34,962 nucleotides of DNA from a bacterium (GTDB lineage: Bacteria; UBA10199; 2-02-FULL-44-16; DYJF01): positions 1 to 34,962 of the forward strand of contig JBGSNL010000056.1 of the NCBI GenBank assembly GCA_041739675.1, read 5' to 3'. How positions within the stretch are numbered: position 1 is the stretch's first letter; every line of letters starts with the position of its first letter. This document shows, piece by piece, positions 25,481-34,962 of this stretch. The notes below the pieces were generated by a model. The model was not told where the DNA came from. It did not search any database and saw only the letters and a program-made list of their open reading frames with translations. The translations under genes and the position numbers were made by a program.

Positions 25481-26233
25481 ATGCTCATCTTTGCGTTCTT
25501 ATGTGCGGCGGGGTTTCTTGCCGGATTCATAGATTCGGTGGCGGGCGGCGGAGGTCTTATCACGCTGCCGGCCCTGATAGCGGTGAATCTGCCGCCGCAT
25601 ATGGCGCTGGGCACCAACAAGTTTCAGTCGATGGCTGGGACCGCCTTCGCGCTCGCCAACTTCACGAGAAAGGCGAAGGTCGTCTGGAAGATTGCGGCGG
25701 TGGGGATACCGTTCGCGCTTGCCGGGTCGGTCGCCGGTGCGAGGCTCGCGCTTGTGATACCATCCGCAGTGCTGGCGAAGGTGATCGTAGCCCTGATCCC
25801 GCCGCTAGCTTTCTTTGTCTTTTTTTCAGGCAGGCTCATAAAGGTCCACAGGGAGGCCTCGTCGTCCAAGTTCAACTTGTGGGTCACAACGCCTTTGGCA
25901 TGCTTGACGGTCGGGGCCTACGACGGCTTTCTGGGGCCGGGCACGGGGACGTTTCTCATCCTGGCGCTCGTTCTGTTTTCACGCATCGGGCTTCTCAATG
26001 CCAGCGCCACGGCCAAGACGTTCAATCTCGCGTCGAACGTCGGGGCGTTCGTCACTTTTTTGGTCTCCGGTTACGTCTATTTTCCCTACGCGATAGCAAT
26101 GGCGGGATTCAACATACTTGGCAACCTCATCGGAAGCCACTTTGCGATGAAACACGGGCGGGAGTTCATAAAAAAGATTCTTCTCGTCTCGCTCACGCTT
26201 CTTTTCGTCTACCTCATCTGGAAGTACTTCTAG
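25481..26233 (+). CDS. TSUP (TauE/SafE, YfcA-like) membrane transporter
   Basis: AGFIDSVAGGGGLI, ALGTNK, GAYDGFLGPGTG and NLASN. Confidence 0.93.
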   Translation: MLIFAFLCAAGFLAGFIDSVAGGGGLITLPALIAVNLPPHMALGTNKFQSMAGTAFALANFTRKAKVVWKIAAVGIPFALAGSVAGARLALVIPSAVLAKVIVALIPPLAFFVFFSGRLIKVHREASSSKFNLWVTTPLACLTVGAYDGFLGPGTGTFLILALVLFSRIGLLNASATAKTFNLASNVGAFVTFLVSGYVYFPYAIAMAGFNILGNLIGSHFAMKHGREFIKKILLVSLTLLFVYLIWKYF

Positions 26234-26985
26234 TCAAGATTGTAATCGATCGTCGAAACGACGCGGACCTTTTTGTCGATCTGTTTCGATTCCGTGCCGA
26301 TCGTGGCGCCGTCCTGATATTCCACCGGTGCGCCGTCGCGCGTCTCTATCGAAAATACCCCCTGGCTCGCGCGCCTGATCCCGCCCACGCTGCTCCCGGA
26401 ATCTTTTGCGAACTGCTCCGCGGCCGCGCGCGCGTTTTTCGTGGCGGTGGCGATCATCTCCGGTTTGATCTCGTTGAGTTTTGTGAAGATGTAGTTGGCT
26501 CCGGTGTTATCCGCAAGCACGACGCCCTTCTTGACGAGATCGCCTATTTTTTCGGTGGCCGTTTTAACCTTTTCCACGTCGTTGCTCCTGACCGTAACCG
26601 AATAGCTTATAATGAAGCGGCTCTGCTCGGCGCGCTCGGAACGGTACTGTTGCGCCATGAGATCGGTGACATTGAGCTGGCTGTTCTGGATCTCGCCGTC
26701 CTCTATTCCCTGGGCCTTGAGAAAGGAGAGCATTTCTTTTTTATCGGTTTCGATCCCGCTCTGGACATCCGAGAGCATATCGCCCGTCTTTGCGATCTTC
26801 ACGTTCCAGACCGCAAGGTCGGCCGTCACATCTTTTTCAGCCAGCCCCTTGACGGTGACATACCGGTCGCCGATGCGGCTCATGTAAAACCCGTGTCCGG
26901 CGAAATATCCGCCGGCCAGAATTCCCACTGCAAGAATCGCTGCGGCGATTAACATGAATGTGGATTCTTTTTTCTCTATTTCCAT
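26230..26985 (-). CDS. SIMPL-domain (DUF541) periplasmic protein
   Basis: N-terminal anchor, VTVKGLAEKDVTAD, KPEMIATATKNARAAAEQFA, ASQG and KKVRVV. Confidence 0.9.
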   Translation of the reverse strand: MEIEKKESTFMLIAAAILAVGILAGGYFAGHGFYMSRIGDRYVTVKGLAEKDVTADLAVWNVKIAKTGDMLSDVQSGIETDKKEMLSFLKAQGIEDGEIQNSQLNVTDLMAQQYRSERAEQSRFIISYSVTVRSNDVEKVKTATEKIGDLVKKGVVLADNTGANYIFTKLNEIKPEMIATATKNARAAAEQFAKDSGSSVGGIRRASQGVFSIETRDGAPVEYQDGATIGTESKQIDKKVRVVSTIDYNLD

Positions 26986-26998
26986 ATTGCCCCCTGAA

Positions 26999-28258
26999 TT
27001 ATTCGCCCATGAAAATATTTTTCAAAAGCCAGAGATTTAAAAACGTCACCGTGATTCCTATGATGAGCATGAGCGTTTTGTCCAGCGCCGAATTTGCGTG
27101 AGTTCCCATGATCTTTTTCGAAGACGTGAGAAAAATCAAGCTAAAGATCGTGAAGGGGAGCTGGATAGAGAGCGCCACCTGGCTCCAGATCAGACCTTCA
27201 AAGGGATTCCTGATAAGAAAAATCGCGATGAGTGCGCCCACAATCGTGATGACGATCCCCGTCCGTGAATGCGGGTCCCTGATGTGGAACGGCTCCGAAA
27301 AAACGCCCGCGAATATTGAACCTCCTGCAAGGCCGGCCGTTACAGACGAAGATAGTCCCGCGCATATCAGCGCAAATGCGAAGACGTAGGCGGCGGCGTT
27401 TCCCAAAAGCGGCCTCAAAGTTTCCTGCGCCTGGGCAAGTTCCGTCACGATCGTTCCGCTTGAGAAAAAAACCGCGGCCGCGACGATTATCATCGAGCCG
27501 TTTATCGCCCAGCCCGCTATCATCGCAAGAAGCGTGTCTGTGAATTCGAACTTGAGCTGTTTTTTTATCACCTTTTCATCCTGAAGGTTCCACTGGCGGC
27601 TCTGGATGATCTCCGAATGCAAAAATATATTGTGCGGCATAACGACCGCCCCCAAGACGCTCATCACTATGGGAAGAGAGCCGGGCGGAATGGACGGGAT
27701 AACGAAAGATTTTGCCGACACCGCCCATTGAACGTCGCACAGCGTGAGCTCAAAGAGGAAAGAAAGCCCGATCAGGGAGACGAAACCTATTATCCATCTT
27801 TCGAGCCTTCTGTAACTGTTCGATATCAGCATGAAGACGACAAACGCCGCCGTAAGCGAGGCGCCAATTTCAAGCGGGATGTGGAAGAGCATGTTAAGGC
27901 CTATCGCGGCGCCCAGTATCTCGGCGAGCGCTGTTGAAATCGACGCAAGCACCGCCGTTGTGAGAACGGTCCGGCTCACCCACTTTTTGAAATGTTTTGT
28001 GGAGGCCTCGGAGAGACAAAGCCCTGTGACTATTCCAAGATGGGCCGCGTTGTGCTGGAGGATGATGAGCATCACGGTGGAGAGCGTCACCATCCACAGG
28101 AGGCCGTAGCCGTAGCGCGAACCCGCGGCGACATTAGCGGCCCAGTTGCCCGGATCTATGAAACCGACGGTAACGAGAAACCCGGGGCCGATGTATTTTA
28201 AAATCTCGCGCCCGCCGAGCCTTGCAGCGTGTTTTTTAAATATCTCAAGTCCCCACAT
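26999..28258 (-). CDS. mntH: Nramp-family divalent metal (Mn2+/Fe2+) importer
   Basis: GPG, DPGNW and VMPHNIFLHS; start ATG 28258 or 28267. The ORF-track start at 28459 overlaps the divergent gene. Confidence 0.93.
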   Translation of the reverse strand: MWGLEIFKKHAARLGGREILKYIGPGFLVTVGFIDPGNWAANVAAGSRYGYGLLWMVTLSTVMLIILQHNAAHLGIVTGLCLSEASTKHFKKWVSRTVLTTAVLASISTALAEILGAAIGLNMLFHIPLEIGASLTAAFVVFMLISNSYRRLERWIIGFVSLIGLSFLFELTLCDVQWAVSAKSFVIPSIPPGSLPIVMSVLGAVVMPHNIFLHSEIIQSRQWNLQDEKVIKKQLKFEFTDTLLAMIAGWAINGSMIIVAAAVFFSSGTIVTELAQAQETLRPLLGNAAAYVFAFALICAGLSSSVTAGLAGGSIFAGVFSEPFHIRDPHSRTGIVITIVGALIAIFLIRNPFEGLIWSQVALSIQLPFTIFSLIFLTSSKKIMGTHANSALDKTLMLIIGITVTFLNLWLLKNIFMGE

Positions 28259-28325
28259 GACTCTCATATTCCCTTGGCAATAATGAAAAAATACCTTTAT
28301 ATTCTGCGAAAGCAAAGGGAGAAAT

Positions 28326-30017
28326 ATGTTCAGAAAAACGGTTTTTGTTTTTGGTATATGCTCGCTATTTTTTCTGAGCGCGTGTAACGGCGGTTCTTCC
28401 GGAAACGGCGGCAACGGCGGAGGGGGAGGGGACGGCGGCGGAACGATCGACGGCGTCACGGGAACCCCTTATGATATCGGCACGCCGACTCTTTCGGAGC
28501 TTTATGTTTCGCCCGCGGGGAGCGACACCAATTTGGGGACGAGCATTTCTTTCCCGTTGAAAACGCTTCAGGCCGCGTGGGCGAGGATACCGGCAGGCGC
28601 TCTTTCCGGAACGGGATATCGTATCAACATGATCGGCGGAACCTATCCGTGCGGCGAGGATGAATCCGCGTGCGTGAACTTTTTTGAGAACCGCATCGGG
28701 ACAAAACAGTTTCCGGTCATCATCACCTCTGTGAATGCAATCGGCGCGGAGTCGCCGGGCGAGGCCGTCATTCGAGGCGGGCTCGATATCACCAATGTCG
28801 CCTACCTTTATCTCATCGGACTTCAGATGGTTGCGGGAAACACTCTTCCCACCAACAATTCGGGAAACAACGTGCTGCACATCGCAAGCGGCGACCACAT
28901 CCTCATGAGGAACCTGACGCTCGCCGGCCCCGCGGGGCGGACCGATACTACGAACACCATTCAGGAAGTTATCAAGTTGAATCAGGCGCAGAATGTTTAT
29001 CTTGAAAATTCGGACGTGAGCGGAACTTTCCAGACGGTGGTGGACTATTTTTCCGTTCAGGGCGGCCATTTTTTGAACAACAAGATCCACGGAAGCGGCG
29101 GGCGTTGCGCCTATCTCAAGGGGGGCTCGGCGTATTTCATGATCTCCGGCAACGAGTTCTGGGATTGCCACGAAGCTGGGTTCCAGGCCGGCGAGGGATC
29201 GAACTTCAATCTCATGCGCTCGCCGTGGCTCCACTATGAGGCCTACGATTTCAAGGTCATCAACAACATCATCCACGATATTTACGGTGCGGGGCTCTCC
29301 ATTTCCGGCGGGTACGACATACTCATGGCGTACAACACGCTCTACCGCATCGGGCTCTCAGACGGCCGCGACTGGACGCTTGCGCAGTCGGTGCTGGGAA
29401 GCCGCGGCTGCCCCATTGTCGACGAGTTTCCGTCGGAGGCCGCAGCGTCGGCACAGTGCCAGCATTATATCGATCTCGGCGGGTGGGGATCGGCCGCCGT
29501 CGGCGACGGAGGAGAGTGGATACCTGACAAGAATGTCTTCATATACAATAATATTTTTTATAATCCAGCAGGGGTTTCCACGACTGTCAGCCATTTTGCG
29601 GTCAACGGTCCTGCCTCATTGCCCGCGGATGCAAAAAACATTTCCAGTCCCGCGCATACCGATGTGAATCTTGCCATTCGCGGAAATATTATCTGGAACG
29701 GGTCGGGTCTTCAGCTTCTGGACACGACCAACGGCACGGTGCCTGGATGCGAAGATTCAAATCCGACATGCAACCGTGCGCAGCTTGCGGCGGACAACTT
29801 CATCAACGCATTTGAGCCGCAGCTCACAAATCCCTCCGGAGGCGATTACAAGCCGGTCGCTGGAGGAAATGTCGCCACCGCTGCCGCCATTGCGATTCCG
29901 GATTTCACGTGGGACAGCTTCTCGCCCGCCGTGCCGGCCGGAAATTTGAGCAACGCGGTGACACAGAACCGGGCGGGCGCCGCCCGTAGCGGTGCCGATC
30001 ACCCGGGTGCGTATTAG
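28326..30017 (+). CDS. Lipoprotein with right-handed parallel beta-helix repeats (pectin-lyase-like fold)
   Basis: Lipobox LSA-C, Gly-rich linker, YVSPAGSD...P.KT start motif and repeated NNKIH, GNEF, NNIIHD, YNT, NNIF, GNII. Confidence 0.82.
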   Translation: MFRKTVFVFGICSLFFLSACNGGSSGNGGNGGGGGDGGGTIDGVTGTPYDIGTPTLSELYVSPAGSDTNLGTSISFPLKTLQAAWARIPAGALSGTGYRINMIGGTYPCGEDESACVNFFENRIGTKQFPVIITSVNAIGAESPGEAVIRGGLDITNVAYLYLIGLQMVAGNTLPTNNSGNNVLHIASGDHILMRNLTLAGPAGRTDTTNTIQEVIKLNQAQNVYLENSDVSGTFQTVVDYFSVQGGHFLNNKIHGSGGRCAYLKGGSAYFMISGNEFWDCHEAGFQAGEGSNFNLMRSPWLHYEAYDFKVINNIIHDIYGAGLSISGGYDILMAYNTLYRIGLSDGRDWTLAQSVLGSRGCPIVDEFPSEAAASAQCQHYIDLGGWGSAAVGDGGEWIPDKNVFIYNNIFYNPAGVSTTVSHFAVNGPASLPADAKNISSPAHTDVNLAIRGNIIWNGSGLQLLDTTNGTVPGCEDSNPTCNRAQLAADNFINAFEPQLTNPSGGDYKPVAGGNVATAAAIAIPDFTWDSFSPAVPAGNLSNAVTQNRAGAARSGADHPGAY

Positions 30018-30145
30018 CCGATAATTTAAAGTTATTCTTTATTTATCAACCAGTTAGGGTGAAAAACGCCCTAAAAAAAAGACCCTATACCTTTTCAAAA
30101 AAACATGTTAAGCGCTCCTAACATCTTAAAACTTAAGGAGGATTT

Positions 30146-30871
30146 ATGAAATTGAAGTCATTTTTCATGGCCGCAACCCTTATCATTATAATAGCTGTAC
30201 CGCTGTACCTCTTGGCTGAGGAAGCGGGGGAAAAGGTAATCGCCATAGGGGACGTGAATGTCGCAAGCGATATCGCGGGGCAGAACGCCTATGATGTAAA
30301 AGAGACGATTCAAGTGGGTCTGAAAAAGGAACTGGAAAAGCGGAGCAAGGGAAAATACACCGTGAACATAGTTTCGCCGGCAGTTGTGTCCGAGGGGTCG
30401 AAGCCCGAGGCGGCGGAGCTCCCGGAAATGCCCGAAGGCCGCGCGCCCACTCAAAAGGAGATGGCAAAATACATGGCCGCCATCCAGCAGTATCAAAAGG
30501 AGATGTCGGGCCAGGTGAAAAAGCACAAGCCAGTTGCCGGCGACGCGTATTTTGATTTCAGACTCGCCAGCGGCCAGCGTGAGACGGACACAGGCGGCGT
30601 TGCAAGTACTATCGGAAGCTACACCGGACTGAATACATCGGCCGGTGACGTCGGCACGAAGACGACGAAAGTTTATCTCATCGCCACGATGCGCGATCCC
30701 AGAACTGGCGAGCTGATGGATAAATACACTGCGAAGGCATCGTCGGTTAAAGTCAGAAACATCGCTGGATATTCGGATTACAGCTACGGAAGCGACGAGA
30801 TGACGCGTGAGGGCCTATACAAATCAGCCATCAAAGAGTGCGCAAAGTGGATCGACACTAAAGTGCAATAA
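30146..30871 (+). CDS. Exported or membrane-anchored hypothetical protein, possibly CsgG/TolB-N-like fold
   Basis: Strong RBS AAGGAGG, N-terminal hydrophobic segment, VIAIGDV strand followed by a helix, and MRDPRTGEL turn; the fold call is tentative. Confidence 0.7.
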   Translation: MKLKSFFMAATLIIIIAVPLYLLAEEAGEKVIAIGDVNVASDIAGQNAYDVKETIQVGLKKELEKRSKGKYTVNIVSPAVVSEGSKPEAAELPEMPEGRAPTQKEMAKYMAAIQQYQKEMSGQVKKHKPVAGDAYFDFRLASGQRETDTGGVASTIGSYTGLNTSAGDVGTKTTKVYLIATMRDPRTGELMDKYTAKASSVKVRNIAGYSDYSYGSDEMTREGLYKSAIKECAKWIDTKVQ

Positions 30872-30879
30872 ATTTTGAG

Positions 30880-32163
30880 ATGAAGCAGCGAATCCTAATT
30901 TTTGCGATGTTGGCATTGGTGTGCCACGCAGCACACGCAGGTGAAAAACTGACGTGGGAGGAGTGCGTCGCAATCGCGGCAAAAAACAATCCCGACGTCC
31001 GTTCCGCGCGCGAGCAGGTATCGTCCTCGGAGGTTCTGGCAAAGGCCGCGTACAGCGGCTTCATGCCAAAGGTGGTCGCCAGCGCGAATGTCACCAGGGG
31101 GAACAGCTATTCCTTCCCGCAGTTGGGCAGTGTACCGCTTGCAACTCCGGCAGGCGACAACACGGTTTCTTCTGGTTCCGTGTCGGTGAATCAGAATATT
31201 TTTGCGGGTTTCAAGGACGCTTCCCTCGTGGAGCAGACCGCCGCGAACAGAGATCTCTCACGCGCGAGCCTCGATTCCACAAGGGTTCAGGTGAGCTACG
31301 ATCTGAAGTCCTCTTTTGCAAATCTTCTCTATTCCCAAAAATATGTGACGCTGGCGGAGAGCATCATGAAGAGGCGTGAAGAAAACGCCGGTTTAGTCGA
31401 GCTCCGTTTCGAGAGCGGCACGGAAAACAAGGGCTCGGTCATGCTCTCGAACGCGTTTGTGGGGCAGGCGCGCTATGACAAGACCGTTGCAAAAAACGAT
31501 ACGAACGTATCGCGTCAGCAACTGGCGCGTGTCCTTGGCCTCAGTGACTCGAAGGAGTTTGAAATCGCGGGCGGAGTTCCGCTCATGGAACCGGGGACGG
31601 AACCCGATCTGAAAAATATCGTCGTGGAAACACCCGCGCATCGCCAAAGTGTTGCCCAGGAGCAGGCGAGTGAGGCGGGCGTTTCGCTCGCGCGCGCGAA
31701 TTTCTTTCCCACCTTCGATTTGACGGGAACGATTTCCGCGCAGGGAAACAACAGTTTTCCCGATACGAGCAAGAGATCCTTGATGCTCAATCTCTCGCTT
31801 CCGGTTTTCAGCGGCGGCAGCGACTATTACAATTACAAGAGCGCCGGCGCGCTCTATGCGTCATCTTCCTATAACAGGATGAGCGTGGACCAGAAGCTTT
31901 TGCCCACACTCAAAGAGGCGTTCAGGGTCTACACTCAGGCGGTGGAGAAGGTTAAGGTCGACCGTGCGTTTGTCGAAGCGGCGGAGGTGCGCGCTGAAAT
32001 TGCCAGGGCCAAATACAATAACGGTTTGCTCTCGTTCGAGGATTGGGACATAATAGAAAACGATCTGATCACGAAACAGAAAACATATCTTTTGAGCGAG
32101 AGGGACAGGGTTCTGGCAGAGGCCGCGTGGGAGAAGGCGGCGGGCAGGGGGGTTATAGAGTGA
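30880..32163 (+). CDS. TolC-family outer-membrane efflux protein
   Basis: Signal peptide, AAKNNPD, two repeats (FMPKV and FFPTF), LPVFSGG and YNNGL. Confidence 0.9.
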   Translation: MKQRILIFAMLALVCHAAHAGEKLTWEECVAIAAKNNPDVRSAREQVSSSEVLAKAAYSGFMPKVVASANVTRGNSYSFPQLGSVPLATPAGDNTVSSGSVSVNQNIFAGFKDASLVEQTAANRDLSRASLDSTRVQVSYDLKSSFANLLYSQKYVTLAESIMKRREENAGLVELRFESGTENKGSVMLSNAFVGQARYDKTVAKNDTNVSRQQLARVLGLSDSKEFEIAGGVPLMEPGTEPDLKNIVVETPAHRQSVAQEQASEAGVSLARANFFPTFDLTGTISAQGNNSFPDTSKRSLMLNLSLPVFSGGSDYYNYKSAGALYASSSYNRMSVDQKLLPTLKEAFRVYTQAVEKVKVDRAFVEAAEVRAEIARAKYNNGLLSFEDWDIIENDLITKQKTYLLSERDRVLAEAAWEKAAGRGVIE

Positions 32164-33134
32164 GTTTTGAATGGAGCGTTTTAAAAAAGAGGTCCGTTCT
32201 TATCGGGCTCGTCGTGCTCATCGCGATCATTGTTGCGGTTGCGGTAGCCGTCAATAAATCATCCAACAACCGCGCCGCATATAAAGAGGTCGCAGTCACA
32301 CGCGGCGACATTGATGTAGTGATCTTGTCCACCGGGGTCGTGCAGCCGGAGAACAGGCTGGAAATCAAACCCCCGATTGCCGGGAGGGTGGAGGCCGTTT
32401 TTGTCGACGAAGGGGAGCAGGTCAAGAAGGGACAAAAACTGGTGGAGATGAGTTCCTCCGAGAGGGCGGCGGTCCTTGATGCCGCAGCTGCAAGGGGTGC
32501 CGAGGAGCTGAAAAGGTGGCAGACATTTTACCGCGCGGCGCCGATTTTGGCGCCCATCGACGGAACGATAATTTTGAGGAGCGTCGAGCCCGGCCAGAGC
32601 TTCACGACCAGCGAAGCGATTCTTGTCATGTCGGACCGCTTGACCGTCAAAGCGCAAGTCGACGAAACAGACATCGCCGAGATAAAACTCAAGCAGGAAG
32701 CGGATGTGATCCTCGACGCATATGCCGATCAGGACATACCGGCTCACGTGGACCAGATCGCCTACGACTCTACGACGATAAACAACGTCACGACCTACAT
32801 AGTGGACGTCCTTCCCGACGAGACGCCGGATTACATGCGAAGCGGAATGACTGCAAACGTGCGATTTGCGGTGGCCTTCAATGAGGGCGTGCTCGTTCTC
32901 CCCAACGTTGCCGTCAGGATCAAAGAGGGCAAGCCGTTCGTGCTTTTGAAGGCGGCGTCGCAAATGAAATCCCCCGTCGAAAAAGAAGTTGAGACGGGCA
33001 TCACAAACGGCAAAATGACGGAGATAGTTTCAGGGTTGAGTGAAGGCGATATCGTGCTTGTGGAGCAGGCGAAAAAAGCGAGCGCCGACAGCGCGAGCCC
33101 CATGTCTCCGTTCGGGCCTCCCCGAAAGCGCTGA
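32160..33134 (+). CDS. macA: MacA-like periplasmic adaptor (membrane fusion protein)
   Basis: N-terminal [38 protein letters not shown] and GLSEGD; GTG 32160 overlaps the TolC stop; very short alpha-hairpin. Confidence 0.9.
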   Translation: MSFEWSVLKKRSVLIGLVVLIAIIVAVAVAVNKSSNNRAAYKEVAVTRGDIDVVILSTGVVQPENRLEIKPPIAGRVEAVFVDEGEQVKKGQKLVEMSSSERAAVLDAAAARGAEELKRWQTFYRAAPILAPIDGTIILRSVEPGQSFTTSEAILVMSDRLTVKAQVDETDIAEIKLKQEADVILDAYADQDIPAHVDQIAYDSTTINNVTTYIVDVLPDETPDYMRSGMTANVRFAVAFNEGVLVLPNVAVRIKEGKPFVLLKAASQMKSPVEKEVETGITNGKMTEIVSGLSEGDIVLVEQAKKASADSASPMSPFGPPRKR

Positions 33135-33151
33135 AAATACGGCCTCAAAAA

Positions 33152-34962
33152 ATGATCGAGATCAAAAACATAGAAAAGACCTACCAGATGGGCGAACTGC
33201 CCGTCCATGCGCTTCGCGGCGTCTCCCTGAAAGTGGATGACGGAGAATTTCTTGCGATCATGGGGCCGTCCGGTTCAGGCAAGTCGACGCTGATGCACAT
33301 CCTTGGTCTTCTCGATACGCCGGACTCGGGTTCGTACCGCCTCTACGATCATGAAGTGGCGAATTTCAGCGAGGACGAGCTGGCGGTTTTGAGGCGCGAC
33401 GTCGTGGGGTTTGTCTTCCAGCAGTTCAATCTTCTCTCAAGGATGACCGCACTAGAGAACGCGGCGCTTCCGCTCATCTACTCCAAGCGCCATGTCGATC
33501 TGAATGTGGCTTCGGAACTTCTTGTGCGAGTGGGCTTAGGCGAGAGGAAGATGCACAGACCGAACGAACTTTCGGGTGGTCAGCAGCAGCGCGTTGCGAT
33601 CGCGCGCTCTCTCATAAACAAACCGCGAATCATCCTGGCCGATGAGCCTACCGGCAACCTTGATTCGGCGAGCGCGAAAGACATCATAAACGAACTCAAA
33701 AAGTTGAACGATGAAGGAATCACCATCGTGATCGTCACGCACGAAGAGGATATCGCGCAATATGCGAAACGTCGGATCAGAATGCTCGATGGAAAAATTC
33801 AATCCGACGAGAGGATCTCAAAGATAAAGGCCGCCGAAGGCCGGCCGGCGCCGGCGATCAAAGCCGCCTCTTCGAACGGATTCAAACCGTTTGAGATATG
33901 GCACCACTTTCGTCAGGGATTCAAAACGCTTGCAGCCAATAAGGCGCGCACCGGGCTCTCGATGCTGGGCATTCTCATCGGTGTTGCATCGGTCGTCGCG
34001 ATGATGGCCTTGGGAAGCGGGGCGAAGCAGGCGATAGAAAAACAGCTCTCGTCTCTCGGCTCGAATCTTTTGAACCTGAGGCCCGGCGCGGTCCACATGG
34101 GCGGCGTGGTTCTGGAGACCGGCGCCGCGACAAGGCTTACGCTCGAAGATGCGGCCGCTCTCAAGGAGGAGATCCCGGCCGTCAAGGAGGCGGCACCAGC
34201 CGTGATGGGTCGCGGGCAGGTGACCTACGAGAACAAGAATTGGAACACACAGGTTCTCGGTGTGAGCCCTTCGTATGCCACGATGCGCGCGTCGGAGCCT
34301 GAGATCGGGCGTTTTTTCACGGAGGATGAAAACCGCATGAGAAGTCTTGTGGCCGTAATCGGCCCCACGGTTGTGCGCGAACTCTTCGGAGAAACGGATC
34401 CCGTGGGCGAGATGATAAAGATCAACAAGGTCAATTTTCGCGTGATAGGAATCTTGCCTCCGAAAGGAGCGGGAGGGTTCAGGGATCAGGACGACACGAT
34501 TGCGATACCAGTGCTCACTGCGATGCACCGCCTCTTCGGCAAAGATTATGTGGACTACATCGATATAGAGGCCGCGGATGCCTCGGAGCTGGGCGAGGCG
34601 CAAGAACGTTCCATGGAGCTCATGCTCTCGCGTCACAAGGTTCCACCTTCACAGCAGCAGGACGCTTTTCAGATAAGAAACATGGCCGACATCAAAGAGG
34701 CTCTTTCGGAATCCTCAAACACGATGTCGTTTCTTCTGGCGGCGATCGCCGCGATTTCGCTTCTTGTCGGAGGCATCGGGATCATGAACATCATGCTCGT
34801 GTCTGTGACTGAAAGGACGCGCGAAATCGGCCTTAGAAAGGCGGTGGGCGCGAGGAGGTTCGACATCCTTTCGCAATTTCTGGCGGAGGCGATGGTTGTG
34901 TCGGTTGTCGGCGGCGTTGCTGGAATCGCGCTGGGCTTTATCGCGACGCTGATCATGTCGGC
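33152..34962 (+). CDS. macB: MacB-type fused ABC ATPase-permease, truncated by the window end (not in the ORF track)
   Basis: Hand translation from ATG 33152: [11 protein letters not shown], Walker [36 protein letters not shown], then in frame [32 protein letters not shown] and QFLAE. Confidence 0.94.
   Translation, partial: MIEIKNIEKTYQMGELPVHALRGVSLKVDDGEFLAIMGPSGSGKSTLMHILGLLDTPDSGSYRLYDHEVANFSEDELAVLRRDVVGFVFQQFNLLSRMTALENAALPLIYSKRHVDLNVASELLVRVGLGERKMHRPNELSGGQQQRVAIARSLINKPRIILADEPTGNLDSASAKDIINELKKLNDEGITIVIVTHEEDIAQYAKRRIRMLDGKIQSDERISKIKAAEGRPAPAIKAASSNGFKPFEIWHHFRQGFKTLAANKARTGLSMLGILIGVASVVAMMALGSGAKQAIEKQLSSLGSNLLNLRPGAVHMGGVVLETGAATRLTLEDAAALKEEIPAVKEAAPAVMGRGQVTYENKNWNTQVLGVSPSYATMRASEPEIGRFFTEDENRMRSLVAVIGPTVVRELFGETDPVGEMIKINKVNFRVIGILPPKGAGGFRDQDDTIAIPVLTAMHRLFGKDYVDYIDIEAADASELGEAQERSMELMLSRHKVPPSQQQDAFQIRNMADIKEALSESSNTMSFLLAAIAAISLLVGGIGIMNIMLVSVTERTREIGLRKAVGARRFDILSQFLAEAMVVSVVGGVAGIALGFIATLIMS

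Noticed and set aside
25501..26952. 483-aa plus-strand ORF
   Set aside because: Off-frame over the TSUP gene and antisense to the SIMPL gene, both with clear family motifs; Arg/Gly-rich with no recognisable domain, so a shadow ORF.
28268..28459. Pro-rich N-terminal extension of the Nramp protein
   Set aside because: It is the antisense reading of the Gly-rich linker of the divergent lipoprotein gene.
30054..30080. Intrinsic terminator after the beta-helix gene
   Set aside because: The hairpin TTAGGGTG/CGCCCTAA is followed by an A-run on the plus strand and has no 3' U-tract on either strand.
33536..34956. Minus-strand ORFs near the window end
   Set aside because: Antisense shadows of the uninterrupted macB frame, which the ORF track missed because it has no stop in the window.
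1..34962. CRISPR array, transposase, prophage, toxin-antitoxin or anti-phage system, intein in dnaB
   Set aside because: No spaced direct repeats or matching protein motifs were seen; nearly all sequence is covered by recognisable genes and DnaB has normal length.

Overview
Chromosomal window from a Gram-negative, probably anaerobic or microaerophilic delta-proteobacterium-like organism (inferred from gene content and order, not proven). 1-6078 is housekeeping: 3' end of rplY, pth, rpsF, rpsR, DUF2232, rplI, dnaB, an unknown outer-membrane barrel gene, rdgB, tRNA-Pro(TGG) and tRNA-Arg(TCT). 6086-9572 is a minus-strand unit of a second, paralogous barrel protein, an APC amino-acid permease and tryptophanase. 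9620-23189 is a large nitrosative/oxidative-stress region: Rrf2 regulator-TIGR02757-hcp, divergent wrbA plus a lipoprotein, and an 11-gene minus-strand run (AspT/YidE transporter, galT-like, mntP, rubrerythrin, tpx, ferritin-like protein, rubredoxin, cydAB, flavin reductase, flavodiiron protein). The rest holds an L,D-transpeptidase, a QueD-like protein lacking its catalytic Cys, TSUP, SIMPL, Nramp, a beta-helix lipoprotein and a hypothetical-TolC-MacA-MacB operon that runs off the end. I found no mobile element, CRISPR array or defence system. The best leads are the TIGR02757 gene wedged into the Rrf2-hcp unit, a 150-nt intergenic hairpin, the barrel-permease-tryptophanase unit, the paralogous barrel pair and the degenerate QueD. 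All calls rest on motif recognition by eye; no searches were run.
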